IMG/VR virus record: IMGVR_UViG_3300031553_000001 | Span: 13,755-77,754 of that record | Source: a virus | Strand: one strand, 5' to 3' | DNA length: 64,000 nucleotides | Shown here: positions 8,746 through 18,697 of the stretch, in pieces | Numbering within the stretch: the first letter of the stretch is position 1 | How the letters are laid out: each line of letters starts with the position of its first letter | The notes under the pieces: generated by a model | Databases searched by the model: none | Told to the model about the DNA's origin: nothing | Seen by the model: the letters and a program-made list of their open reading frames with translations, nothing else | Made by a program: the position numbers and the translations under genes

Positions 8746-10329
8746 CTAAAATACTACTCCACTTCCACCCGATGTCTCTTCCCAAAATGCCAATACACAA
8801 GCATCTCCATAGTCAGTAGATCGCCCATGTCGTGTCTTCTTACGCAAGATGTCCTTAGACTCCACACAGATAGTCAAATATCCATGAATGTATCTAGTCT
8901 CATATCTGGGAGCAGCCAAATCCCCTAGCAGGTAGTCATTTGGACACAACGCTACATCAGCACCACTATCAGGATCTAACATCTCTCGCATATTCCACCA
9001 TGCAGCATCTCTCACACATCTAAATCTAAACGTTCCAGTCTTATCTGTACGGGTTGTCCCACCACCCATATAGATCTGAGCCAAGTTCATAGACGGGTTG
9101 GCCCAATCTATCTCCTGGGCCAATATATCGTATATGGAAGCACCTAAACCTGAATCCATCTCAATGTTAGTCAAATGAGCATGCATGGCAAAGGGCTTCA
9201 ATTTTCCTGCCGACACCGGAACAGACTGTTTGGCATATACATACAAATTCTCTAACCTATCCCCTACCCTATCTGCAAATACAGTCTTATCCTCACCCAT
9301 ACGCGCGGAGTCAACTCCAATCACACGCTTGCTCAACCCTGCACCTGGACTGCCAGCTTTCTCCCACTGCCTATACCGTTCAAATGCAGCTTCAACCCAC
9401 TCCAATGGAATGACACCTTCACTGGAATCTTGAGCAAATTCTCCAAGAACGCGATTCTTGTATACTGCTGAATGAACTCCCCACTGGCTCTGGCGTTCCT
9501 CTGCCCATTGAGGAGATATGCGATTAGCAGCTATGGCCTCATCCAAAGTCACATGTCTAACTATCCAATCATCATAACCTGCTTTCTTGGAATGAATGTC
9601 ATAGAATCTGCCTTGGGGTGGGCCTGGTGTAGATATGGCCAACCAAAAGCATTCACCACTACCGCCGCCTATGGTCGATGTGCCTTCTGTGGCAAATGCG
9701 CCCTCAGCAGCATCCCACATGGATGGCCCAACACTCTTGCTTTCATCAAATATATAGAACAACCTACTGGCGTGCGCTCCCTCAATGGATGCGGCATCTC
9801 CAGACGAAACAGCAAATGACTCATTCCAACCCATCCCAGACCTGATGCGAAGCGAATGGACCATCATCTCATCGTGGGTGTATGGATCACGGCCAATGGT
9901 GTTCCAATCCAACAACTTGGCAACTTTGTGAATTTCCGGCCACAGAAACTTTTCCAACTGCCGCCACACACTAGCTAATGTGGGTGCTGTAGCATCATCC
10001 TCAGTGGTAAGGATAACATGATGGACACAAATTGCTGCTATCAATGTTTTGCCCAGACCATGTGGGCCACGCATAGCTACTCTACGGTGCCCCATATCAA
10101 ACCAAGCCAAGGCTTCCTCTTGGTAAGGTGCAAATGTTGGTGCTATCTTTGGCATACAATCATACACAAACGCCACTCTGTCATCACGGTAGGTGCGTTG
10201 GAATTTGGCAAATTTTGTACTATGCCCAACATTTATATAGACACCTCTGGCAAGGTCAAGCAACCCTTTTTGCTTGCCACCCGTGCCAAGACCTCTTTGG
10301 TGCAATGCTACATCTGGAAATACTGTCAA
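8746..10329 (-). CDS. terL: Terminase large subunit
   Basis: Walker A RGPHGLGKT, Walker B YIFDE, coupling motif ISTP, nuclease IGVDSARMGEDKT and RSTDYGDA. Confidence 0.93.
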   Translation of the reverse strand: MTVFPDVALHQRGLGTGGKQKGLLDLARGVYINVGHSTKFAKFQRTYRDDRVAFVYDCMPKIAPTFAPYQEEALAWFDMGHRRVAMRGPHGLGKTLIAAICVHHVILTTEDDATAPTLASVWRQLEKFLWPEIHKVAKLLDWNTIGRDPYTHDEMMVHSLRIRSGMGWNESFAVSSGDAASIEGAHASRLFYIFDESKSVGPSMWDAAEGAFATEGTSTIGGGSGECFWLAISTPGPPQGRFYDIHSKKAGYDDWIVRHVTLDEAIAANRISPQWAEERQSQWGVHSAVYKNRVLGEFAQDSSEGVIPLEWVEAAFERYRQWEKAGSPGAGLSKRVIGVDSARMGEDKTVFADRVGDRLENLYVYAKQSVPVSAGKLKPFAMHAHLTNIEMDSGLGASIYDILAQEIDWANPSMNLAQIYMGGGTTRTDKTGTFRFRCVRDAAWWNMREMLDPDSGADVALCPNDYLLGDLAAPRYETRYIHGYLTICVESKDILRKKTRHGRSTDYGDACVLAFWEETSGGSGVVF

Positions 10330-10330
10330 C

Positions 10331-10669
10331 TCAGCTACCTATCCTGTGCCCATGCACGTTCAGCTCACCCACGATCACGCCACCAGCAGCTGCCAGAGTG
10401 ATGGTTATGGCCGATGAGGCATCACTCTCTTCCTCATACAGTGGAAGGAAGCCTGGCCCACCACTCGTTATGTCCCAAGCATAGTCAAATCCACCACCGC
10501 CCATAGTCATCCGGCCACCTGTGGGCGCAGCTGAATATGACCAACTAAGACCTGAGAAGACGTGTCGTCCAGCCCTGAATGTGATAGACACTGCTGTATT
10601 GGGTACAGATCGCGCGTGTAATGATGGCCAAACTGTAGTTGGCTTTATGGAAACTTCACCATATGGCAT
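10331..10669 (-). CDS. Hypothetical beta-rich protein, possibly virion-associated
   Basis: Start revised to MPYGEV (ATG 10669, GGAG RBS); abuts terL. Confidence 0.55.
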   Translation of the reverse strand: MPYGEVSIKPTTVWPSLHARSVPNTAVSITFRAGRHVFSGLSWSYSAAPTGGRMTMGGGGFDYAWDITSGGPGFLPLYEEESDASSAITITLAAAGGVIVGELNVHGHRIGS

Positions 10670-10744
10670 CCTTATTCTCCTAAATTCCCTAGAAATATAA
10701 GAAAAACAACCAATATAACGGCATATTCGCACAAAAACTTTGAA

Positions 10745-11143
10745 TTATTCGCGTCTACCCATCTTCTTGCGCAACATATTAGCTCCACTTAGTGGACTAG
10801 CCTGAGCCATCTGCCGGATGTTGGGCATCCCAGTAGATGATTGTATCGGCGCAATATTGAATGCTGGTGGTTCTACTGTCTGAGTAAACGCTGTCTGGCC
10901 TAGATGCTCCAACAAGGAATTTAGCTCTGCTATGGATGCATCCAATGGAGCCAGCTCAGCCTTTACCCGCTGCTCCAACTCCACTATTCGTGCCTTGCGA
11001 ATTTCCAACAACTCAGTCAATCGGTTGCGAATAACGGCAACAGGATCAGGCCTGGCAGGCGGTGGAGATTCTACCGCCACAGGTTCTATGTGGGACACAG
11101 GCATCCCAGATGGATCACCAGAACCATGGTCAGCTTTTTTCAT
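10745..11143 (-). CDS. Hypothetical coiled-coil protein
   Basis: ATGA overlap with the upstream gene; heptad-rich centre. Confidence 0.6.
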   Translation of the reverse strand: MKKADHGSGDPSGMPVSHIEPVAVESPPPARPDPVAVIRNRLTELLEIRKARIVELEQRVKAELAPLDASIAELNSLLEHLGQTAFTQTVEPPAFNIAPIQSSTGMPNIRQMAQASPLSGANMLRKKMGRRE

Positions 11144-11976
11144 TTGACATATCTCGTGCTAATTCCAGCAGCCTCCAGAGCTGATCTGGCAACGGAATAT
11201 TCCGGTTGTGTCCCATGCATTACTACGTGATCTATGTCAGACAATTTGATTCCACCATGGATCTGAGCTTCTACGTAATTCACAACTTGGAAGGCATCAT
11301 CATGTACATACATGGAACTCAAATCCCAAGATAGCTTACCAGGATTATTGACAGGAGTAGCCCCAACTTCACCATCAGCAAAGCCACCAAAAGAATCTCC
11401 CACCGTGAAGGTAGTGCGGTTTCGTATAGAAGACTTCAATACAAACTCTACAGCTCCATATTGCGTAACCCCACGATCTGTATACCCAGGATTGCCCATA
11501 TATCCATATATGGGATAGTTTGCTGGATCCTCCCCTGGTTTAACGTTGAATGCCTTGGACTCAACCTTCTGTCTGAGCTTTGGATTGTATGCACCCTTAG
11601 ATTTGCCAGTCTCATATTGATTCTTGAATCTGCCAGATTCTAGTATAGATTCCACTGCCATAACTGGAGCACGTATAGATACAGCAGACTCACTCAAGAA
11701 CTTTTCCATATTCTTTTGGCATGTAGCTTCATATTCCTTTATACCAATATCTCTCAAATAAGCACGTGACTTAGTGCTATTATCGACAGCATCCACTAAT
11801 TTCTGAGATGGAGCACGTATTGCACGTTCTGCCAAGGATTTACTTACAGCTGGCTTCTTGCCGCGTGCTTTACCACTCTTCCCAGATCCAATAGCTCTAT
11901 GTTTTTCACCTGTGTGAGTACCTCTACCTGGAGCATACCAACCAGAACTAGAAGAACCCTTGAGCGTAATCCTCAC
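11140..11976 (-). CDS. Tagged DUF3626-like protein (probable ADP-ribosyltransferase fold), paralog 1
   Basis: Tag followed by GRFKNQYETG...PIYG...QYGAVEFVLK...RTTFTVGDS...YVEAQIHGG, the DUF3626 signature as I recognise it. Confidence 0.7.
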   Translation of the reverse strand: MRITLKGSSSSGWYAPGRGTHTGEKHRAIGSGKSGKARGKKPAVSKSLAERAIRAPSQKLVDAVDNSTKSRAYLRDIGIKEYEATCQKNMEKFLSESAVSIRAPVMAVESILESGRFKNQYETGKSKGAYNPKLRQKVESKAFNVKPGEDPANYPIYGYMGNPGYTDRGVTQYGAVEFVLKSSIRNRTTFTVGDSFGGFADGEVGATPVNNPGKLSWDLSSMYVHDDAFQVVNYVEAQIHGGIKLSDIDHVVMHGTQPEYSVARSALEAAGISTRYVK

Positions 11977-12212
11977 GTGGAAGCCGCCTTCAGTTTGAGC
12001 TTGGCTTTGGGAACGGGCTTCTCGGTAGTAACTTCAGACTCTGGTGGATCCTCCCAATAGCCCCACTTTAGCGCCTGCTGAATACGCATCGGCTTGGATT
12101 TGGTATTGGTGATAGTGTTGTGCAGGACGCACATGGCATCAAAGTCCTTGACGTCTACATCATCATCCACTATCATATCAATTTCACCACGTTGGGACAG
12201 AATTTTGGACAT
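11973..12212 (-). CDS. Small protein with a KWGYW motif between the two DUF3626-like genes
   Basis: 79 aa, RBS GAGGT, translationally coupled to the downstream paralog. Confidence 0.6.
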   Translation of the reverse strand: MSKILSQRGEIDMIVDDDVDVKDFDAMCVLHNTITNTKSKPMRIQQALKWGYWEDPPESEVTTEKPVPKAKLKLKAAST

Positions 12213-12217
12213 ATTTC

Positions 12218-13048
12218 CTACCTCTCATCACGCGTCACAGATATACCAGCTGCTTCCAAAGCAGCCGTCGCACGATAATAATATGATATAGCAGCACTTC
12301 TAGTATGCATTACCACGTGATCTACATCAGCCAAACTAATTCCACCGTGAATTTGTGCTTCCACGTAGCCTACTCTATTGAACTGATTTTCATACACATA
12401 CCTGGCATTTCTGTCCCAAGACATCTTGCCTGGTTTGTTGACAGGAGTAGCTCCAACATTGTCATAGGCAAAATTACTCAGTGAATCCCCTACCGTAAAA
12501 GTGGTACGATCTCTGACAGATGACTTCAATACAAATTCTACATCTCCATACATTCGCGCTGTCTTTGGATTACTGGGATGACTCATATATCCATAGATGG
12601 GATAACTTCCTGGTTCCTCTCTTACCTCTATGTTGAAGGCTTTGGATTCCGCTTCTTGCCTATATGTTGGGTCATAAGTACCTCTGGATGTAGTAGTTTC
12701 GTGTTGATTCTTTAATCTACCGGATTTTAGGATAAATTCTACTACTTCGGTAGGCGTTCGTACAGATACCTCTGATTCACTGAGAAATTTCTCCATATTT
12801 CTCTGACATTTAGCTTCATACTTCTTTGTACCCATCCCCGATGTCTTGCCACCCATGACGATCTGCCTATCAACAGTCATCCATAACTCTCCAGATGGAG
12901 TATGTACCATACGTTCTGCCAAGGATTTCTCGGTAGGCTTCTTACCAGCCTTACCAGATCCAACAGCCCTATGTTTCTCACCAGTGTGAGTACCTCTACC
13001 TGGAGCATACCATCCGCTACTAGAAGAACCTTTGAGTGTGAGCTTCAT
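12218..13048 (-). CDS. Tagged DUF3626-like protein, paralog 2
   Basis: Colinear with 11140..11976 across its length; same motifs (KNQHET, PIYG, YGDVEFVLK, TVGDS, YVEAQIHGG). Confidence 0.7.
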   Translation of the reverse strand: MKLTLKGSSSSGWYAPGRGTHTGEKHRAVGSGKAGKKPTEKSLAERMVHTPSGELWMTVDRQIVMGGKTSGMGTKKYEAKCQRNMEKFLSESEVSVRTPTEVVEFILKSGRLKNQHETTTSRGTYDPTYRQEAESKAFNIEVREEPGSYPIYGYMSHPSNPKTARMYGDVEFVLKSSVRDRTTFTVGDSLSNFAYDNVGATPVNKPGKMSWDRNARYVYENQFNRVGYVEAQIHGGISLADVDHVVMHTRSAAISYYYRATAALEAAGISVTRDER

Positions 13049-13203
13049 AGTCTAAAACCCAACTCTCTGAACAAGGCATCCATCTCACGCTCATATTTCA
13101 ACAGCTCTTGTTGCTTCTTTAGGACAAGTCTCAATGCTTTCTCACGCTGCTTGCGAAGCTTGTCATTCTCCTGTATCAATTCGCGTTTGGTCTTTACGGC
13201 CAT
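13045..13203 (-). CDS. 52-aa basic coiled-coil protein (MAVKTKRELIQ...)
   Basis: Below the ORF-track cutoff; overlaps both neighbours. Confidence 0.55.
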   Translation of the reverse strand: MAVKTKRELIQENDKLRKQREKALRLVLKKQQELLKYEREMDALFRELGFRL

Positions 13204-13976
13204 CTTACAGGTTCCCTGTCAGCCACAACAGTTTCCACAACATTCTGGATTTCCAACAGGCTTGGGAATTCTCCTGGGATAGCTGTTGGAATTGGAATAG
13301 TGTGGGAATATTCTTGAATAGACACATCATCCCAGTACCAGTCATTGTGCTTGACTGGCCACTCATTACAGCCACGCAGGAACACAACAATGTGGTCACT
13401 CCACGCCTGGGCCACTACAGACACTTTGACCCAGCTATCGTACTGCTCCAAGGACTCCTGGCCCCACACAGTTGTACGGTGCAGTGGCCACTCAGAACCC
13501 CAAGGATTTATGCCAACCAGCGAAGAACCTTTCCCAGGCTTATTGGACTCATCTGGGTAATCCAAAGAACTGGACCAATTCCATACGTAAGCTGAAAACT
13601 CATACCACTGCCCTGGCATGGTGGAAATTCTCTGGTACATGCCACCATCGTGGACACCAAATGTAACGAACGATTTCTGGGCATAGAACCCACTATGGAC
13701 ACGTCCAGATCCAACATCCAAGGATTCCGGCTTGAATTCTGGTCGCCTACCTGTCCACCAGGGATTCCATTGGTCAGCCACTACTAGCTCACCAATTCCA
13801 TCATGTGTATGGAAGCCATCTTCGAAGCCAGGGTTGTCCAAGGAGATAGTGGAAGCCATAGAATCCAATGACTGATGTAAAACTATGGCCAATACAAATG
13901 CAGCTACCAACAATATGGGCCAAAGCCATATTACCCAAGACTTTCCAGATTTATACACGCAACCCTCCTGCATCAT
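13194..13976 (-). CDS. Membrane-anchored protein with a carbohydrate-binding-module-like jelly-roll domain
   Basis: N-terminal TM helix; NPGFEDGF...RVHSG...GGMYQ...VGINP...KHNDWYWDD pattern; Pro/Thr linker. Confidence 0.6.
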   Translation of the reverse strand: MMQEGCVYKSGKSWVIWLWPILLVAAFVLAIVLHQSLDSMASTISLDNPGFEDGFHTHDGIGELVVADQWNPWWTGRRPEFKPESLDVGSGRVHSGFYAQKSFVTFGVHDGGMYQRISTMPGQWYEFSAYVWNWSSSLDYPDESNKPGKGSSLVGINPWGSEWPLHRTTVWGQESLEQYDSWVKVSVVAQAWSDHIVVFLRGCNEWPVKHNDWYWDDVSIQEYSHTIPIPTAIPGEFPSLLEIQNVVETVVADREPVRWP

Positions 13977-13977
13977 A

Positions 13978-14249
13978 GAATTCTACGAGGGGCAGTACTT
14001 TCAGTGATTCCAAGGAGTGCCCATATCATCCCACTATGAATACATACCACATATGGAATTAGATTTTAGACTCCTGGGCCAATGACTTACCAACCCGTAG
14101 AGTACTCTCAGTTTACAAAGGTTTTAAGTGTTGTCCACTTTGTAAACTGAGTACCCTTGTAAAATTCCCAAGGACCATGATGACGATGAAATTCTACGAG
14201 GGGCAGTACTCTCAGCGCATTCAGACGTTTACAAGGAATTCTCAGTACT
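13978..14249. repeat. Non-coding block with a 26-bp direct repeat and a 14-bp inverted repeat
   Basis: AATTCTACGAGGGGCAGTACTYTCAG at 13979-14004 and 14190-14215; CTCAGTTTACAAAG (14107-14120) / CTTTGTAAACTGAG (14138-14151). Confidence 0.85.
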
Positions 14250-14697
14250 ACCCACTCCATACCATCACTTGGTGAACCAAGTCTGCCAATGAGTACACGA
14301 TCTTAATATATGGCCTAACCAATCGTGTCTGTATCTCAACATCTGGTTTGCGCTTATAGTCTGGATGTACCCCAACAAAGATTGGCTTGATATGTCTCAT
14401 ACTCCAGGCACCCAACTCATACAACACAATTGGGCAGAGTGTCTCACGTGGGAACCAGAACAGAATGGCATCTGCTTGTCTTAAATGTTGAAATTCCCAC
14501 GTTATCTGATCCAGAGCTGCACCAGGATCATCTATGGGGAAGTTCTTGCGTCTTGGATTCAATAGAGTCAGATTTGTGCTCTCTAATATCACAGCCACTT
14601 CTCGTTGCCAATTAGGACAGCCTGTGATACCACCAGCTAGAAATATACTTACATCATCTGCTGGCTCATAAATCTCTGGTGACTCAATGTACTTCAT
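14248..14697 (-). CDS. Nucleoside 2-deoxyribosyltransferase-like / nucleotide N-glycosidase
   Basis: IFLAGGI...NWQ...NPRR...QITWE...AD-x-ILFW...P-x-VLYELG. Confidence 0.8.
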   Translation of the reverse strand: MKYIESPEIYEPADDVSIFLAGGITGCPNWQREVAVILESTNLTLLNPRRKNFPIDDPGAALDQITWEFQHLRQADAILFWFPRETLCPIVLYELGAWSMRHIKPIFVGVHPDYKRKPDVEIQTRLVRPYIKIVYSLADLVHQVMVWSG

Positions 14698-14717
14698 ATT
14701 TCTCCCATTCTAGTACA

Positions 14718-14942
14718 TCACTCAGGAAAGAAAGATGCAAATAGATATATATCCAGAAACATACTAAACAGCAGCAGTGGCCAGGCAACAATTGCCACCA
14801 AAAATGGTAAACCGCTGCTATTACCAAACAAAATACGTGACAGAACAGGTGAACCAACAACCAAACTCACAACGATAATCGATGACAGAATTACCACAGA
14901 CAACAGTTTCAATTCACGAGTCATTTTATACCTCCATCCCAA
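14718..14942 (-). CDS. Small two-TM membrane protein
   Basis: Two hydrophobic segments; GGAGG RBS before MTREL. Confidence 0.55.
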   Translation of the reverse strand: MGWRYKMTRELKLLSVVILSSIIVVSLVVGSPVLSRILFGNSSGLPFLVAIVAWPLLLFSMFLDIYLFASFFPE

Positions 14943-15132
14943 GGAATCCCACTATTTCTATATGCCATTGTAGAATTCACAAATGAACATTTCTATACAT
15001 CTAAGCACTGAGAAGTACTTACCAGTTTTACAAATGAACAATTATCTCATAGTGGGATGGCATTAACCCATATCCGCCACCACGACGGTTGAATTTCATC
15101 CAACCACCCGCCGGTTTTCCACCACCCGCCGT

Positions 15133-15969
15133 CTACACGCCTATCAGCATTGTCTGCCTGGCCGATGGTGCCAGCCTACTCATAAGGAACTTGGCAGCCT
15201 CATCCCGTACTCTGGGATCTGGGATGTACGTGTTGATTAGCTGGACCATAGTGGATTGTACATACGCTATCTGGCCTGCTGTTAGTGCATACCTCTGCTC
15301 TATCCTGGTAAGCCTATCCGCCATCTCTGTTATGGCAGTGAGCTGCTTTTGGATTGATGGAATGTTACTGGCCAGTGCCGCTGGATCACCAGCCTCCAGT
15401 ATCATCTCCAGAGTGATCTCAGCTAGTGCTCTGCTCTTGGCCAGTTCTTGGGTAATATTGGATGGGTCTGGGTCAGCCATGTACTTTTGGATCTTGTCCT
15501 GGACGGCTTGGGACAGGTATTTGGATGTCATACCATGTTTGAGTCTGCCCACTGCCTTGTTTTCCACTTCCCCACCATGCTGTTTACATCTGCCATACCC
15601 TAGATGGGCTGTCCCATAGCCTGCTGTTCTGTCACATCTATCCCCAAGGATACCCACTAGATGTTGAGTGTCCCCATCGTATACTTTGACTCCAAGCCAT
15701 CCATACTTGTCCAAGCAATCTGTGTCATCTATGGTGATGGCTCCAACAGCTATGGCTTGGGCCACACCCTCATCTGTGATGTCTTGGTAGTGCCCTGAGC
15801 GTCCACCGGTGAGCGCTTTCACTGCCCTAACGTGAGACCTCATATACGCGAAGCATTTTGGATTTAGTGGCCCGCCCTTGGGTGAAGGTGTGTAAAAAGT
15901 GGTACCTCCTGGCGTGCCAACCTCCTCCTCGATTTCCCATTTAACATATTCGACAAAATGTATAGGCAT
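15133..15969 (-). CDS. Terminase small subunit-like protein (HGGxSTG-type)
   Basis: C-x3-AGYGT-x-H-x-GYGRCKQHGG...KHG-x2-SKY followed by a helical C-terminus. Confidence 0.5.
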   Translation of the reverse strand: MPIHFVEYVKWEIEEEVGTPGGTTFYTPSPKGGPLNPKCFAYMRSHVRAVKALTGGRSGHYQDITDEGVAQAIAVGAITIDDTDCLDKYGWLGVKVYDGDTQHLVGILGDRCDRTAGYGTAHLGYGRCKQHGGEVENKAVGRLKHGMTSKYLSQAVQDKIQKYMADPDPSNITQELAKSRALAEITLEMILEAGDPAALASNIPSIQKQLTAITEMADRLTRIEQRYALTAGQIAYVQSTMVQLINTYIPDPRVRDEAAKFLMSRLAPSARQTMLIGV

Positions 15970-15998
15970 CTAATCTCTTTCCATTCTCCAACAAAATA

Positions 15999-17135
15999 TT
16001 ATAAGATTTCCAGCGTTATCTTTATATTTTCTGGTAAACTTCCATCTACAGATAAGTCCGTTAGTAGCCACTTCTGGACATATAGCATCCCTATCATTGG
16101 CCCTTTGTCACCTCTCTCTATCTCTTTGTATCGCCTGGTGTTTTTCGTGTCTTTGTCTTTTGTGAAGTCTATGGTCTCTGGCATTATGTATAATCTCCTC
16201 TATTGTGGATGATACCATCTCCACGTATGTGTCCTGGGTAGTGGCTACCTCTCTTGAGATGCTTGGAGTATGACCAATGTATGCCGTCTCTGGAGTATTC
16301 TTGTACTCTACCAGATGCAGTATGTACTATCTTGGTGTGGTAGCTTTTTGGCTTGTAATTTATCGCTAGTGCATACCACAATATGAGGATGGTTATGATA
16401 GCTAGTATTATCAATATTAGTTTATCCATTGGAGTGTTGCCTCTTTATCTCTTCTCTCTCTTGTAGCCACTTGACTAGTGTCTTGTCCGCTTGCTGGTAT
16501 GAGTAGCCCTGGTCTTTGAGCGTATTGAATGCTTTGGTGTTGCTTACCCTGTGGTGGAGGAACTGCTGATGCGTGTTCTCTACCTTGGTTTTCCATCCCA
16601 TATGAGTTAATCCTTTCCAAACAGGCCTTGCTTTTATTATTCCTCTACTGCTACTGCCTCGTAGGTCCGCTCGAAGTCGGTTGGCCAATGCTGGTGTGCT
16701 AATAAGTGGCTGCTTCAAATATTCTGTGATAGTGGTTACCACTAGCGCCAGGAACAGTGCCGCTTTGATTGATCGAAATCCATATTGTCAATCTCCATAT
16801 CATAAGCTTTACAGAATGCCAGGAATTATACCTTAACCGGTCTGGACTGGCTGGGCCCAGACCGGCTTTCACGAAAGGAGGAAAGAGATGAACAGGCTCA
16901 CCGGTCGTCACGCGGCAACCCGCTACTATAGTAAACTTGAATACTATCAACTTTTGTCAATGAATATTGGAATCCGCTCATCTGGTTCCAGTACCGGCTC
17001 ACGGAATAGTTGCGGATAGTCCAGCATAATCTCACGCCGCCTACTAGGCCATTCCTCTGTTGTACTCATAACATACAATTCACCGTGTGGCACGCGCTTG
17101 GATTTTAGGAAGTATGTATACACAGATTTTACCAT
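15999..17135 (-). CDS. Group of small hypothetical ORFs (15999..16184, 16184..16429, 16422..16742, 16947..17135)
   Basis: Abutting or overlapping starts and stops; no recognisable motifs. Confidence 0.45.
16923..16939 (-). promoter_or_regulatory. Phage promoter-like motif CAAGTTTACTATAGTAG, copy 1
   Basis: Identical to the copies at 23158 and 34069. Confidence 0.7.
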
Positions 17136-17599
17136 GCCAATTCACCATCCAGCCTGTCAAGCTCAGCCTTCATGTCTTCGAGATTATGATCCAACAATGC
17201 TATCCTCATACGATCTGATATAGTAGAAAACTCTCCATACATCCAGATATACCATCTTGCCATGTGTGTAAACGCATTCAACGGCATCACTGCCACCTCT
17301 AGCTTGTCCTGGCCTTTTTTCTGTGTGCGCTTGAGAATAGCCACTGGGATTGTGTATCCCTCACTGAGCGTGATTTCATTGATGGCCGATATACTGGGTG
17401 TGGATCCCCAGCACTTGCACTGGATGGCAAATGGCTCCGTATTGTCAATGTCTCTGCCATAGCCTGCTTCATCCTCTTGGAATTCCAGGTGACGTTTGGC
17501 ATCCTTCCAACCTGCTTCACGCATCACCTTGGCTATGTGTCGCTCATACGCGGCACCCTTGGTCCTACTAGTCTTACTCAACCGGATACCTCCTATCAC
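17129..17599 (-). CDS. Holliday junction resolvase (Hjc-like PD-(D/E)XK)
   Basis: SRTKGAAYERHIA...DID...FAIQCK. Confidence 0.8.
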   Translation of the reverse strand: MIGGIRLSKTSRTKGAAYERHIAKVMREAGWKDAKRHLEFQEDEAGYGRDIDNTEPFAIQCKCWGSTPSISAINEITLSEGYTIPVAILKRTQKKGQDKLEVAVMPLNAFTHMARWYIWMYGEFSTISDRMRIALLDHNLEDMKAELDRLDGELAW

Positions 17600-18671
17600 A
17601 CGTTACTGGCTGTCTAATCACCCTAACTGTAAGTCCTAGCACTTTGGCAAAAGAATTGGCACATTTCAAAGCCAATCCTCTGATTTTAGATATTTCAGCT
17701 GCCGATACCGTCCAGTCAGTCAATGATGCCATATTCTTTGTAATAGCAAGTGCATCTTTCCGTGTTCTAGTATGAGTGCCAGGCGGTGATATGAGAAGCC
17801 CGCTGTGCATATGGATGACTTGCCAACCTTGACCTGCCTCCAAAATAGGTGCTTGTTCATCAGAAGACCAACTCACCACATTTGGTGTTTTAACGACGGC
17901 CAACCCAGGAACGATGGAGTATCCTCTCCAGTCAACCAATACCTCACGATTTGGACTGTACATTCTACTACGCAGCAATAGTTTCACATCGATCTGTTTC
18001 ATTGTATAGCTGGATACCTCTTATCGCACGTTACTGGATGTCTAAACAAAACGTGTTCCCAAGTAGACCTTGGTGGATTGACTGTACTTCGGGTGCGCAC
18101 CTTGCGCCCCATCTTTTTCACGCCAATCAGCTCTATAGCCTCCTTGATGGCCTCACATCTATCCCCAGATGATTCTATCAACACGTATTCCTCATCACAC
18201 GCGCCTTTGGGATTATACCATACGCCTGGTAATAGCTTATCACCCAGATTGTCAATAACCATCAACATTAGTGGGGATGTATTTATGCTAGGCATAATCC
18301 CTATCTCACTCAGATCACAGAGATTAACCCACAAGTACCTATCCACTAGTGTTCTCCAAGACATCCATATTGTCAATGATGCCTTCCCAAAGCGATTTAC
18401 TTATTGCCTCAAACATATCCTGAAATATGATCTCCAGCTTTTCATAATTTGGAAGGCCATTAGGCACAGCACCATACACATCTACATCCGCCAATAGCCT
18501 GCGCCGTTCTTTTATGAAATGATCTCCATGTATGTGTAGCGTAACGCTAGATTCGACCTCGATTTCCATAATATCATCCTGTCTATGTGTGCATCCACCA
18601 CCAAGCGATAAGTTCACCAGTAGCTTTGTTACAGATACGAACCAGCCGCCGCTTGAACAATGGTACTGCAA
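17574..18671 (-). CDS. Three hypothetical ORFs (17574..18002, 17999..18376, 18339..18671)
   Basis: Overlapping stops and starts; the first two share a C-terminal R-x-PVTCD-x-RYP. Confidence 0.55.
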
Positions 18672-18697
18672 TTATATTTATCAACTGGCAAAACAAC

